NCBI GenBank assembly: GCA_031370785.1
Contig: JANMQY010000090.1
Location: forward strand, 1-64,000
DNA: 64,000 bases
Reading direction: 5' to 3'
DNA from: Candidatus Eiseniibacteriota bacterium
GTDB lineage: Bacteria; Eisenbacteria; RBG-16-71-46
The position numbers and the translations under genes are program-made. Positions 38,443 to 48,430 of the stretch are shown here, piece after piece. The notes below the pieces were generated by a model. The model did no database searches and had not been told where the DNA came from. It saw only the letters and a program-made list of their open reading frames with translations. The stretch's first letter is position 1. Each line of letters begins with the position of its first letter.

Positions 38443-40317
38443 TTAGCCGGTCGGCACCCTCAGGCGCTGTCCGGCGCGAATGACCGAGCCATTGAGCCCG
38501 TTGGCGCGCTTGAGCTGGGCGATCGTCACGCCGTGACGCTTCGCAATGCTCTCGAGCGTCTCGCCGCGCTGCACGACGATGGTGGTGTGCGGCCCGGTGT
38601 ACGTCACCGCCACCTGGCGATGCGACGTCGTGCGCCGTGTGGGGCGTAGCCTGATCTTCGCGAGCTGCGCGGTGGACGCGCTGTCCATGACCGCCGGCGC
38701 CTCGTTCATGCTGTCGCCGGTGCGGATCTTGAGCCGCGTGCCGCGACGTACCGTCCGGGTTGTGAGGTGATTCCAGCGCATGATGTCTTCGACCGTGCAA
38801 CCGTTCGCCTCCGCGATCGAGGCCAGCGTCATGCCGCGGCGCACCGTGACCTTGACCCGGCCGTCGGCGTTCGATTCGGCGTTGAGCGTTGCCGGCGGCC
38901 TGATGTCGCGCGTCGGAACGTAGGCGGTCGAGGCACGCGGGTCGGCGGCATCCAGCACCTCGGGGTGCCGGGCGCTGAGCGAAGCAGGGATGGTCAGCAC
39001 CACGCCACGGCGCAGCGGATGCTTCTGGCCGATTCCATTGGCCAGCGCCAGCTGACGCGCGTTGACTCCGTACTGGCTGGCGATGGACTGGATGGTCTCG
39101 CGGCTGCGCACCCGGTGCTGAAGCGCGAGGTTCACGCCCGGAAGCGGTGCGCCCTCGTCCAGCTTCTTCATCAGGATTTCGCCCTTGCCCCTCGGCAAGC
39201 GGATCGTGATCACGCCTTCGCGACCGGTCGCGGCGCCGCGCAGCACGGCAGGGTTCAGCTCGCGCAGCTGTTCGTAGGTACAGTCCGCCATCTTCGCGAT
39301 CACGTGCAGATCGACCGCGCCCTTGAAGGCGATCTGGTCGAATTCCATCGGCTCGTCGAGGTCCACCGAGTCGAAACCGTATTTCTCGGGATCGTGCGCG
39401 ATCGCAAGCACGGCCATGAACTGCGGGACGTAGTCTTCGGTCTGCCGCGGCAGACGCAGGTCCCAGTAGTTGGTGGTGCCCTGCCGCTTGATCGCGCGCA
39501 GCACGGTGCCCTCGCCCGCGTTGTACGAGGCGAGGGCCAGCGGCCAGTCACCGAAGATGGTGTAGAGGTGCTTGAGGTAGCGCGCGGCCGCGACCGTGGA
39601 CTTCTCCGGGTCCTTGCGCTCGTCGACCCACTTGTTGACGGTCAGGCCGAAAACCCGCGCGGTTCCGCCGAGGAACTGCCAGGGGCCGACGGCTGCCGAG
39701 ATCGAGCGCGCGTTGATGTTGAACCCGCTCTCGACGAACACGAGATGCACCAGATCCGGCGGAAGGCCTTCCTTCTGAAGCACGCCGCGGAACAGATCCA
39801 TGTATCGGCCCGAACGCTTGAGCCAGCGCTCGAACACCGAGCGGCCCGCACCCGTGAAGTACTCGATGTAGCGGAACACCTCGGCGTTGAACTGGGGCGT
39901 GATCTCTTCGGCCGCCGGTGTGTTGAGCACCCTGTCGTCGGCCTCGTTCCCGTTCGCCCGCGCCATCGACTGATTGGCCGCGTCGCGCTTGGCCGCGATA
40001 CGCAGGCCGGCAAGGCGCGCGCGCAGATCCACCAGCGCGCGACGGGAAGTGGCGTCGAGATCCGGCGTGATGGTCTTGTCGATCAGCTCGAGACCCTGTT
40101 CCGTGGAGCGAATCGCCCCTTCCAACTCGCCGGATTGTCGCTGCGCCCACGCCGCCTGATACGCAGCCTGAACGTCGCTGATGACGGAGTTCGAGGACTC
40201 GGAGCTGTCATATGACGCAGGCGTGGTGCGGGACTCTGCCCCGCGCACCGGACTGGCAGTGCAGTAGATGAACAGGGCAGCTGTCAGAGCCGCCAGGTGT
40301 GAGGGACGGACCGGCAT
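38443..40317 (-). CDS. mltD: MltD-like lytic transglycosylase with LysM domains
   Basis: VESGFN, AVGPWQF, DERKDP, ALASYNAGEG, three LysM repeats; AGGAGG RBS. Confidence 0.88.
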   Translation of the reverse strand: MPVRPSHLAALTAALFIYCTASPVRGAESRTTPASYDSSESSNSVISDVQAAYQAAWAQRQSGELEGAIRSTEQGLELIDKTITPDLDATSRRALVDLRARLAGLRIAAKRDAANQSMARANGNEADDRVLNTPAAEEITPQFNAEVFRYIEYFTGAGRSVFERWLKRSGRYMDLFRGVLQKEGLPPDLVHLVFVESGFNINARSISAAVGPWQFLGGTARVFGLTVNKWVDERKDPEKSTVAAARYLKHLYTIFGDWPLALASYNAGEGTVLRAIKRQGTTNYWDLRLPRQTEDYVPQFMAVLAIAHDPEKYGFDSVDLDEPMEFDQIAFKGAVDLHVIAKMADCTYEQLRELNPAVLRGAATGREGVITIRLPRGKGEILMKKLDEGAPLPGVNLALQHRVRSRETIQSIASQYGVNARQLALANGIGQKHPLRRGVVLTIPASLSARHPEVLDAADPRASTAYVPTRDIRPPATLNAESNADGRVKVTVRRGMTLASIAEANGCTVEDIMRWNHLTTRTVRRGTRLKIRTGDSMNEAPAVMDSASTAQLAKIRLRPTRRTTSHRQVAVTYTGPHTTIVVQRGETLESIAKRHGVTIAQLKRANGLNGSVIRAGQRLRVPTG

Positions 40318-40481
40318 CGCAACCTCCTGTCGGTGAGACTCCCTCCCTGGACAGTCCAGAGAACCGGGTCAACCTAGTCGGGCGGCATGCAAGATGCAAC
40401 CCGCTTCGTGAACTTTGCTACGGTACACGCCCTGAGGGACGGCACAACTCATGCCGCCGCGCGATGGGCAACTGAGTTAGC

Positions 40482-40496
40482 GCAAGTGCTGTGCCA
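40482..40496 (-). promoter_or_regulatory. Sigma54-type promoter facing mltD
   Basis: Minus strand TGGCAC-AGCAC-TTGC matches the -24/-12 consensus TGGCAC-N5-TTGC. Confidence 0.6.
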
Positions 40497-40511
40497 CAAC
40501 CCCATCGTGCA

Positions 40512-40540
40512 TTGACACTTAGTACATGACCAGATAGCTT
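40512..40540 (+). promoter_or_regulatory. Sigma70 promoter for the PEGA protein
   Basis: TTGACA-N17-TAGCTT, followed by a GGAGG RBS. Confidence 0.65.
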
Positions 40541-40600
40541 GCGGCAGCCCGACGGATCGCACCGGCTGCGCATTTCTGGCTCACGGAGGGAGCGAGCAGC

Positions 40601-43444
40601 ATGAATGTCGCAGTCTCCAAGCCTCCTCAGTGGTCGGTTTCCGCCCGCAGCCACGGCGAAGTTCTGACCGCCGGCACTGCCGGCGGGGGGTTGGAGCTGC
40701 TGGTGCTCTCCACGCCCGGCTCCTTTACCGTCCCTGAGTTCGAGGGCTGGCTGCGTGACCTCCTGGGCGTCACACGGGAGACGGCGTCCGGCGATCAGGG
40801 TCCGCGCCCGATTCCCGCGCTGCTCCATCACGCCCTGACCGGACTCCTCTTCTCTCATGCCGAGCTGTGGGAGCGCGCCGGTGCCCAGCCGCCCTGCTCG
40901 CTCGCCTTCGTGGTCGCGGGCGGCAGAGTCGCCTTCGGCTGGGTGGGCGATGCCCGGGTCGGCGTCTGGGTCAACGATCAACCGGTCGAGAACGGCTGGG
41001 TCAAGGTTCGGGACGACGAAGGCCGCGAGGCGTTTGCGATCGCGCTCGACTGGAGCCCGCCGGTGCGCGTGCGCCTGGTGTGGTCAGCGCCCAACGCCGG
41101 CGAAGAAGGACCGGGCGCGATCGTGGATGCGGAGTGGCCCGGCCTCGACCTGCACGCTCTGCCTGCGCCCTCTGCTTCCACGCTCGAGAGCGTCCCGGCA
41201 GACGCCGGTGTCAAAGTCGAGCGGGATGCGCTTCCGCTCGAAGTCGAAACCACGCGGGAATGGAATTCCGCCTCCGAGCGCGTCACTTCGTTCGAACACG
41301 CCGGACCCATCGAGCGGACCTCATCCTTCGAACGCGCCGCCGAACCGGTCGCACCCCTCGAACAGCGTGTGGAGCTCGCACACTCCGCGCACGCAGAGAG
41401 TGGCCTCGAGCAGGCGATCAACCAGGCGATCGAGTCCGCACGTCACGAGGCGGAGAGCGAAAAACCCTACGAGCTGGTGATCGAGACACCCGTCGAGTCG
41501 CCCGCGAGCGAGCCCGAGACTCACGAGCGCCCGCGCCGCCGTCCCGGCCGTCTCAGCCGGATGATGGCGCGCTTCTCATCGCTGTGGACGGCGGAGCCGA
41601 AGCGCGCTTCGCAAGCGTCTGTGCCGATCGTGCCGCCGGCCGAAGCGTTGGCCCCGCAACCCGAGGCTGAGCCGGCGTCCGAGGTCGCGTCCGAGCCCGA
41701 GCCAGTGATCGCTCCGCAGCCGCAGCCGCGCTCTCTGCACATCCTGCCGTCGATCGCGGACGCCGCGGCGCCCGCGGAAGGCGACGTCGTTCCGCGACGC
41801 GCGAGCCTCGCACCGCCGGTATTGCGAGTGGTGCCGCGAGTGCCCGCGCCTTCGAAGAGCGGGCCTGAGGTCGAGACGCGCTTCACGCATTCGTCGCTTT
41901 CGCCGGCCGCGCCCGCTCCGTCTCGCGAGCCGCGGCCGACCAGCCTCGATGAGCGCACGGCATCGCTCGCGCGCGAGGACATGGCCTCGCCGCCGCGACC
42001 CTCGCTGGCCGCTCCGCCCGAAGCCGAAGCCCAGGCGCGGCCGGTGTCGCTGTGGACGCCGCCCGCGATCGCGAACGCCGCTCCCGAGCCCGAGTCGCAT
42101 TCAGAAGAGGTGGTCGAAACTTCGACTGCGAGCATTTCGCCCGCGGCCACCGAATCTCCATCCATGCCGCACGACGCTGCGGGGGCCGACCCGTGGTCCG
42201 ATGAGCCGCCCGCGCCGCGGACCGTGTCGCGCCATCGCTCTCCGTTGCGCCCGCAGTGGCCGACCGACAGCGAGATGGAACGTCCGACGCCATTATGGAA
42301 GCGTCCGTGGGTGTGGGCCGCCATGCTGGTCGCGCTGTTCTTCGGCGGCTGGATGGTGGGTGGACTCCAGCACGATCGCACCCCGGGTGGCACGAGCGAC
42401 GGATTGCACCGCACGATGCGCTCGCTCGGTCTCGCCGGCGCACGCTTCGACGTTGCGATCAGCAGCCGCCCGCCGGGAGCGTGGATCACGGTCGACGGCA
42501 AGGACCTGATCCGGCGCACGCCGGCGAGCATCGATCTGCCGCCCGGGGACCATCAGGTGTCGCTCTCGATGTCCGATCTGGGCTCGGCCTCATTCCAGGT
42601 GCGCGGCCAGCGCGGCGATCGGGTTGCGCTCGATGCGCCACTGTGGGGATCGATCACGGTTGCCGAGTCGGACGCCAGCCTGCCGGTGACGGTCGCGCTC
42701 GATGGCACAGCGCTCGGCTTCGCGCCGGTCACCGTGGACAGCGTGATGCCCGGCGCTCACGAGCTGCGTTTCTCCGGACCCGGCATGGTGCCGTGGGGAC
42801 AGACCGTCGAGGTGCGCGTGCAACAGGTGGCCCAGGTGCTCGCGCGGCCCATGACCTCGCCCGCGACCGGAGTGCTCGTGGTGCAGGGCCATTTCGTGGA
42901 TGAGCAGGGCAGCCGTCCTCTGACCGGAGCCGAAGCGTACGTGGACGGCGCGCTGCGCGGTCGCACGCCGCTCACTCTCGAGCTGCCGCGCGGTCCGCAC
43001 AGCGTGCGGGTCTCGAAGGGCGGCGAGAATTCGCCGGTGCAGGTCATCGATCTTCCGGGTGGCAATCAGCGCTTCGCGAGCTTCGAGCTCGGACTCGGGA
43101 TCGAATCCCCGCGACTGGTCTCGATCGGAATCGGGGATCGCGTGGTCCAGGATCGGCCGACCATGGCCTCGGCGATGCTCGAAGGCGTCTCGGTCACCGA
43201 CGTGCGCGAGATGTGGCTCCACATACGCACCCCTGAGGGGCCGTGGCGGCGCTACCCGATGGATCTGCTCAAGTCCGCGACCGGCGCGGTCGGCGTCTCG
43301 GTGTTCCCGAACACGATGTTCGACGGGTCCGGCCGTGCGCCCTACTACATGAGCGCGCTCACCGGCACCGGCGACGAGTATTACACCGAGATCGTGACCG
43401 CACAGCTGGTCGGAGCCGGCAGACCTTCGGCACGCCAGCGCTGA
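40601..43444 (+). CDS. Bitopic PEGA-domain protein with PP2C-like N-terminus and Pro/Glu/Ala linker
   Basis: TM WVWAAMLVALFFGGW; PEGA repeats SRPPGAWITVDG...TP and AYVDG...GRTPL...GPHSVRV. Confidence 0.8.
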   Translation: MNVAVSKPPQWSVSARSHGEVLTAGTAGGGLELLVLSTPGSFTVPEFEGWLRDLLGVTRETASGDQGPRPIPALLHHALTGLLFSHAELWERAGAQPPCSLAFVVAGGRVAFGWVGDARVGVWVNDQPVENGWVKVRDDEGREAFAIALDWSPPVRVRLVWSAPNAGEEGPGAIVDAEWPGLDLHALPAPSASTLESVPADAGVKVERDALPLEVETTREWNSASERVTSFEHAGPIERTSSFERAAEPVAPLEQRVELAHSAHAESGLEQAINQAIESARHEAESEKPYELVIETPVESPASEPETHERPRRRPGRLSRMMARFSSLWTAEPKRASQASVPIVPPAEALAPQPEAEPASEVASEPEPVIAPQPQPRSLHILPSIADAAAPAEGDVVPRRASLAPPVLRVVPRVPAPSKSGPEVETRFTHSSLSPAAPAPSREPRPTSLDERTASLAREDMASPPRPSLAAPPEAEAQARPVSLWTPPAIANAAPEPESHSEEVVETSTASISPAATESPSMPHDAAGADPWSDEPPAPRTVSRHRSPLRPQWPTDSEMERPTPLWKRPWVWAAMLVALFFGGWMVGGLQHDRTPGGTSDGLHRTMRSLGLAGARFDVAISSRPPGAWITVDGKDLIRRTPASIDLPPGDHQVSLSMSDLGSASFQVRGQRGDRVALDAPLWGSITVAESDASLPVTVALDGTALGFAPVTVDSVMPGAHELRFSGPGMVPWGQTVEVRVQQVAQVLARPMTSPATGVLVVQGHFVDEQGSRPLTGAEAYVDGALRGRTPLTLELPRGPHSVRVSKGGENSPVQVIDLPGGNQRFASFELGLGIESPRLVSIGIGDRVVQDRPTMASAMLEGVSVTDVREMWLHIRTPEGPWRRYPMDLLKSATGAVGVSVFPNTMFDGSGRAPYYMSALTGTGDEYYTEIVTAQLVGAGRPSARQR

Positions 43445-43520
43445 TGCGCGTGGGCTGAACCGCGCCCACCGCGGCGCGCACCGGGAGCCACCGGGCACGC
43501 CGCGAACGACTCCACCGGAG

Positions 43521-43554
43521 ACGGGTCCGTCCACAGTGTGGGCGGGCCCGTTTT
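43521..43554 (+). terminator. Intrinsic terminator
   Basis: ACGGGTCCGTCCAC / GTGGGCGGGCCCGT stem with G:U pairs, then a T run. Confidence 0.65.
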
Positions 43555-43624
43555 CGCATCCTGCGCCCGGGCAGCGCCTGCGTGCGCCGCGCGGGTGGCC
43601 CGCGTCTCGCACCGTGCGTCCCTC

Positions 43625-46027
43625 ATGGGAGATCGGTGCGCGGTGCCCGCGGCCCTCGCGGTGTGGCTCGGGCTCCTGCTGGGCGCGCGGTTCTGCGTCG
43701 ACGCGGCGATTGGCTGCGCGGCGCTCGCGGTTGCGCTGCTCCTGCTCGCGCTCTCGCGCCGGGCGCCGCCGCGCGTGGCGACAGTTGCCGTGATCGCCGC
43801 GCTCGGATTTGCGGCGCTCTCACGCGGCGGTGCGCGCGATCTTGCGCTCGAGCGCTCGCGGCGCGCGGTGGAACGGGACGGCGCGTACTGGGTCGATGCG
43901 CGGGTCGTCGAGCCGCCGCTGCGCGAGAGCGGCGAGCCGATCGCGATCTGTGTGATCGAGGCCGCGCGGCCCGCGCTTCCGCGAGGCGCACGCTTGCGGC
44001 TGCGATTTCCGCAGGGCTGCGCGGCGGAGTGGGGCGACCGTTGCCGCACGTTCGTTCGGCTCGATGTACCCGGTGGGCCGCGAAATCCCGGAGGGTTCAA
44101 TGCGCGCTCGACCGCCGATGCCGCAGGGCTCGTCGCCACCGGAGTCGCACGATTCGCCGAGGTCTCGCCCGGGCGTGGCATTCACGCCTGGCCGCGCGCG
44201 AGCGTGATGAGATGGCGCCGCGCGTTCGAAGGCGAGGCACACGCCGGGCTCACCGATGCGGCGCGGACCCTCGCGCTGCCGCTCGTGCTCGGCGACCGGT
44301 CGGCCCTGCCACTCGAGCTGGACGCGGCGTTTCGCGCCTCTGGCCTGGTTCACCTGCTCGCGCTCTCCGGGCTCCACGTGGCGTGGCTCGCCGCGGTCGC
44401 CCGCGGCCTGGTCGCGACGCTCGGCGCGGGAGTGCCGGGACGCGCGATCGCGCGCCTGCTGTGCGCGACGCTCTACGTCGGGATCGCGGGGCCGCTGCCT
44501 TCGCTGATGAGGGCCGCCGCGACCGAGGCGCTCGCCGCCGCCGCGAAACTGACCGGGCGCGCGCTCGATCCGATCCAGGCTCTGGCGGTGGCGGCGCTCG
44601 CGCTGCTGGTGTGGCGTCCGGGCTGGGCGGAAGACCTCGGCTTCCAGCTCTCCTGCGTGGCGACGCTCGGGCTGGTCGCGATCGCGCCCTCGCTCACGCC
44701 GCAGCATGCTGGCTGGCGCGGCCTGTTCGCGCTGCTCGCGCCGACGCTCGGCGCGCAGCTGATGGCCACACCGCTGCTGCTCGCGCGCATGCATGCGGTT
44801 TCGTGGATCGCGCCGTTCGCGAATCTCGTCGCGGTGCCGCTCTCCGGCCTGCTGCTCGGCGCGGCGTGGCTCGGGCTCATCCTCGAAGCGGCGTTACCGG
44901 GCTCGGGCGCACTGCCGTTCGCGGCGTGCGATGCGCTCGCGATCGCGCTCGAGCACGCGGTGTCGATCGCGGCGCGCGCTCCGAGCGCGCTGCTGTCCGC
45001 GGGCGACTCGCCGGTGGCTGTGGTCTGCGCGGCGCTCGGCGCGACGTTGCTCGCAGGGTCGCTCGCCCGGGCCGGATCGCGACTCGCGCGGCAGGAGGCG
45101 CCCAGTTCGGCGCGAGTGGCATGTTGCTGGCTCGGGGCCGCGCTGTGCGGGATCTCGCTGGTGCTGGTCGCGACCGAGCCCGCGCTCCGACCTCGAGCGG
45201 GACACACCTGGCTCGTCGCGCTCGACGTCGGACAGGGCGACGCGCTCGCGATCGCGGGTCCGGACGGCTGGCGCGTGGTGGATGCCGGCGGGCGCTCGCC
45301 GCGATTCGACGCCGGCCAGAGCGTCGTGCTTCCATTCCTTCACTGGGCAGGAGTGCGGCGCGTGCGATTCCTCGCGCTCACGCACGACGATGGCGACCAT
45401 ACGGGTGGAGCAGCCGCGCTGCTGCACGGAATGCCGGTCGATCGCGTGCTCGCCGCACCGCCCTTCAGCGGCGCTCCGGGGCCGGGCGCACGCTTCGGCG
45501 CGATCCGGGTCGCGCGCGGCGACACGCTGTCGATCTCGCCGTGGATCCGCGTGCTGTGGCCACCGCGCGAGGGAGCCGGCGACCTGCTCGAACACCCGAG
45601 GACCAGCGCCGACAACGCGGTCGCGCTGGTGTTCGAGGTGGGAGAGGGGGAGGGTCGCGCGCTGCTTGCCGCGGACGTCGACAGCACGGTCGAAGAGTCG
45701 CTCGCGTTTCGCGCGCCGATCGCGCTGCTCAAGGTGGCGCATCACGGCTCCGGCAGTTCCACGGGCGCTCGATTCCTCGCGCGGACGAATCCCGGGCTTG
45801 CGGTGATCTCGGTCGGGGCGAGAAACCGATTCGGCCATCCGGCGCCCGCGGTGCTCGAACGCCTCTCGCGCACCTCGGCCCGGGTGCTGCGCACCGATCT
45901 CGAAGGCGCGCTGTGGTTCGATCTCTCGCCGCGAGGCGTGAGCCGTATCGAGTGGCAGCGCGGAATGAGTGCGATCCGCGACCGTGCCAGTCCCGGGCGC
46001 CTCGCCGCCGCCCCGCGCGCGCCGTGA
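43625..46027 (+). CDS. comEC: DNA uptake competence protein ComEC/Rec2
   Basis: RNPGGF, HLLALSGLHV, GFQLS, LDVGQGDA, THDDGDHTGG, KVAHHGS, SVGARNRFGHP. Confidence 0.93.
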   Translation: MGDRCAVPAALAVWLGLLLGARFCVDAAIGCAALAVALLLLALSRRAPPRVATVAVIAALGFAALSRGGARDLALERSRRAVERDGAYWVDARVVEPPLRESGEPIAICVIEAARPALPRGARLRLRFPQGCAAEWGDRCRTFVRLDVPGGPRNPGGFNARSTADAAGLVATGVARFAEVSPGRGIHAWPRASVMRWRRAFEGEAHAGLTDAARTLALPLVLGDRSALPLELDAAFRASGLVHLLALSGLHVAWLAAVARGLVATLGAGVPGRAIARLLCATLYVGIAGPLPSLMRAAATEALAAAAKLTGRALDPIQALAVAALALLVWRPGWAEDLGFQLSCVATLGLVAIAPSLTPQHAGWRGLFALLAPTLGAQLMATPLLLARMHAVSWIAPFANLVAVPLSGLLLGAAWLGLILEAALPGSGALPFAACDALAIALEHAVSIAARAPSALLSAGDSPVAVVCAALGATLLAGSLARAGSRLARQEAPSSARVACCWLGAALCGISLVLVATEPALRPRAGHTWLVALDVGQGDALAIAGPDGWRVVDAGGRSPRFDAGQSVVLPFLHWAGVRRVRFLALTHDDGDHTGGAAALLHGMPVDRVLAAPPFSGAPGPGARFGAIRVARGDTLSISPWIRVLWPPREGAGDLLEHPRTSADNAVALVFEVGEGEGRALLAADVDSTVEESLAFRAPIALLKVAHHGSGSSTGARFLARTNPGLAVISVGARNRFGHPAPAVLERLSRTSARVLRTDLEGALWFDLSPRGVSRIEWQRGMSAIRDRASPGRLAAAPRAP

Positions 46028-46051
46028 GCGACTTGCCCGCTTGCGGGACGG

Positions 46052-46708
46052 TTGGTAGATTGCGGCGTGCTCTCCAACTCCCAGCGCACCCTCGCAGTGT
46101 TCGCCTCGGGGAACGGCACCAACTTCGAGGCTCTGGTTCGCGCCGCCCGGCGGGGCGAGCTGGGAGGGCGCATCGCGGTCCTGATGAGCGATCGCCCCGA
46201 CGCCCCGGCGATCGAGCGCGCCAGGCGACTCGGAATCGAGGTCGTGTGTCCTCCGGTCGGCCGCTTTCGCACCCGCATCGAGGACGAGACCCCCTGGCTC
46301 GATGCGCTGCGCGCGCGCGGTGTGGATGCGGTGCTCCTTGCCGGCTTCCTGCGCCGCCTGCACTCGACGCTGCTCGACGCGTTTCGCGATCGGCTGCTCA
46401 ACATCCATCCGTCACTGCTGCCCGCCTATCCCGGACTCGATGCGATCGCGAGGGCATGGGAGCACGGGGCGCGCGTGACCGGGTGCACCGTCCACCTGGT
46501 CGAGGACGCGCTCGATGCGGGGCCGATCGTTGCGCAGCGCGCGGTCGAAGTCCGCGACGACGATACGCTCGAGAGCCTGACCGGACGCATCCACGCCGCG
46601 GAGCACGAGCTCTACCCAAAGGCCGCGCTCCGATTCCTGACCGAACCGTGGACGCGCGAAGGCGGCCGGATCGTGTTCGGTGGGGCGCGCGAGGTCACGC
46701 ATGACTGA
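46052..46708 (+). CDS. purN: Phosphoribosylglycinamide formyltransferase
   Basis: ASGNGTNFEAL, LAGF, NIHPSLLP, GCTVH, DAGPIV. Exact start uncertain. Confidence 0.95.
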   Translation: MVDCGVLSNSQRTLAVFASGNGTNFEALVRAARRGELGGRIAVLMSDRPDAPAIERARRLGIEVVCPPVGRFRTRIEDETPWLDALRARGVDAVLLAGFLRRLHSTLLDAFRDRLLNIHPSLLPAYPGLDAIARAWEHGARVTGCTVHLVEDALDAGPIVAQRAVEVRDDDTLESLTGRIHAAEHELYPKAALRFLTEPWTREGGRIVFGGAREVTHD

Positions 46709-47453
46709 CCGTCCGCCGCTCGATGCGGTGCTGTTCGACGCCGGCGGCACGCTGGTGCGACTCGACTTCGAATGGATGGCGGCGAAGGTGAGCGAGCTGG
46801 GGCACCCGCTCGAGGCCTCGGCCCTGCGCCGGGCCGAGATCGAGGGCCGCCGCGCGTACGACGCGAGCCGCGGGAAGGCGCCGCAACCGGGCGAAGCGCC
46901 GCCGGCGCTCGGCAGCTCGGGGGACACCCGCGCCTACTTCAGCGGCATGCTCGAGGCGCTGGCGGTGCCGGCCGAGGTGCACAAGCGCGCGCTCGTCGCG
47001 TTCTTCGAGCACCACGACCAGACCGGCCTGTGGACGCGGCCAATGGAAGGCGCACGAGCGGCGATCGATGGCGTGCGCGAGCTGGGCCTGCGCCGCGCGG
47101 TGGTCTCGAACTCCGATGGTCGCGCGCAGCAGCACCTCGAGGAATGCGGCGTGCTCGAGGGCGTCGAGTTCGTGCTGGATTCGCATCTGATCGGCATCGA
47201 GAAGCCCGATCCGCTCATCGTGAAGCTGGCGCTCGAGCGTTTCGGCGTCGCGCCCGATCGTGCGCTGTTCGTCGGCGACATCCGCTCGGTGGATGCCGCG
47301 GTCGCGCAGGCCGCCGGCACCCGCTTCGTGCTGGTCGATCCTTTCGGCGACTACGCGCTGCCCGGCACGCCGGCGATCGCGGGAATGCAGCTCCTGCCGG
47401 CTTGGATTGCGTTGCGGTTCACCACGCCCCGCAAGGCGGACGTGAGAGTCTGA
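46701..47453 (+). CDS. HAD-family hydrolase
   Basis: FDAGGTL, VVSN, EKPDP, FVGD. Confidence 0.9.
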   Translation: MTDRPPLDAVLFDAGGTLVRLDFEWMAAKVSELGHPLEASALRRAEIEGRRAYDASRGKAPQPGEAPPALGSSGDTRAYFSGMLEALAVPAEVHKRALVAFFEHHDQTGLWTRPMEGARAAIDGVRELGLRRAVVSNSDGRAQQHLEECGVLEGVEFVLDSHLIGIEKPDPLIVKLALERFGVAPDRALFVGDIRSVDAAVAQAAGTRFVLVDPFGDYALPGTPAIAGMQLLPAWIALRFTTPRKADVRV

Positions 47454-47497
47454 GACCCACCCGCCGCTTTCGTCCGTGAGCGGCGCAAGGAGGACAG

Positions 47498-48430
47498 ATG
47501 ACGAAGGTCGATCTCCACCGTCACCCCGCCGATGGCGCGACCCGTGCGCCCGCGGCCGACGAGAGCGCGCTGCCCGGACTCGTTCCGTGGCGTCGCGGCA
47601 AGGTGCGCTCGGTCTACGAAGCTGGCCCCACCCATCTGGTCATGGTGGCGAGCGACCGGCTGAGCGCGTACGACAGCGTGCTGCCCACTCCGATCCCCGA
47701 CAAGGGCCGCATCCTCACCCAGCTTTCCACGTGGTGGATGAGAACTCTGAAGAGCGCATCGCCCCATCATCTGATCTCGGACGACCCCGCGACCTACCCG
47801 AGCCCGTTTCGCGAGCACGCCGCGCGGCTCCAGGGTCGCAGCCAGTACGTCCGCCGCGCCGAGCGCGTCGACATCGAATGCGTGGTGCGGGGCTACCTGA
47901 CCGGCTCGGGGTGGAAGGAGTATCAGAAGCACGGCGTGGTGTGCGGCATCCGCCTGCCCGCGGGACTGCGCGACGGCTCGCGGCTCGATCCCGCGATCTT
48001 CACCCCCGCGACCAAGGAGGATCAGGGCCACGATGAGAACATCTCGTTCGAGCGCATGATCGAGCTGGTGGGGATGGAGAGGAGCGAAGCGCTGCGCGCG
48101 CGGAGTCTGGCGATCTATGAAGAGGCGCGCGCGATCGCCTGGGAGCGGGGACTGGTGCTCGCCGACACCAAGTTCGAGTTCGGGTACGTGGATGGCGCGC
48201 TGACCCTGATCGATGAAGTGCTCTCGCCCGACTCGTCTCGATACTGGGACCGGTCGGAGTACGAGGCCGGCAGGCTACTGTCGTTCGACAAACAGTACGT
48301 GCGCGACTGGCTCGATCGCAGCGGCTGGAATCACGAGCCGCCGGCGCCCGCGCTGCCCTCCGACGTCGTCGAGAAGACCCGCGAGCGCTACCAGGAGGCG
48401 CTCACCCGCCTGACCCGGACGCGCGCATGA
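47498..48430 (+). CDS. purC: SAICAR synthetase
   Basis: RGKVR, SDRLSAYD, ECVVRGYLTGSG, LADTKFEFG, DKQYVRD. Confidence 0.97.
   Translation: MTKVDLHRHPADGATRAPAADESALPGLVPWRRGKVRSVYEAGPTHLVMVASDRLSAYDSVLPTPIPDKGRILTQLSTWWMRTLKSASPHHLISDDPATYPSPFREHAARLQGRSQYVRRAERVDIECVVRGYLTGSGWKEYQKHGVVCGIRLPAGLRDGSRLDPAIFTPATKEDQGHDENISFERMIELVGMERSEALRARSLAIYEEARAIAWERGLVLADTKFEFGYVDGALTLIDEVLSPDSSRYWDRSEYEAGRLLSFDKQYVRDWLDRSGWNHEPPAPALPSDVVEKTRERYQEALTRLTRTRA

Noticed and set aside
43445..43520. Possible ZTP or other riboswitch ahead of comEC-pur genes
   Set aside because: GC-rich pairing is possible, but the conserved ZTP motifs are not recognisable. Only the terminator is supported; an Infernal/Rfam scan would settle it.
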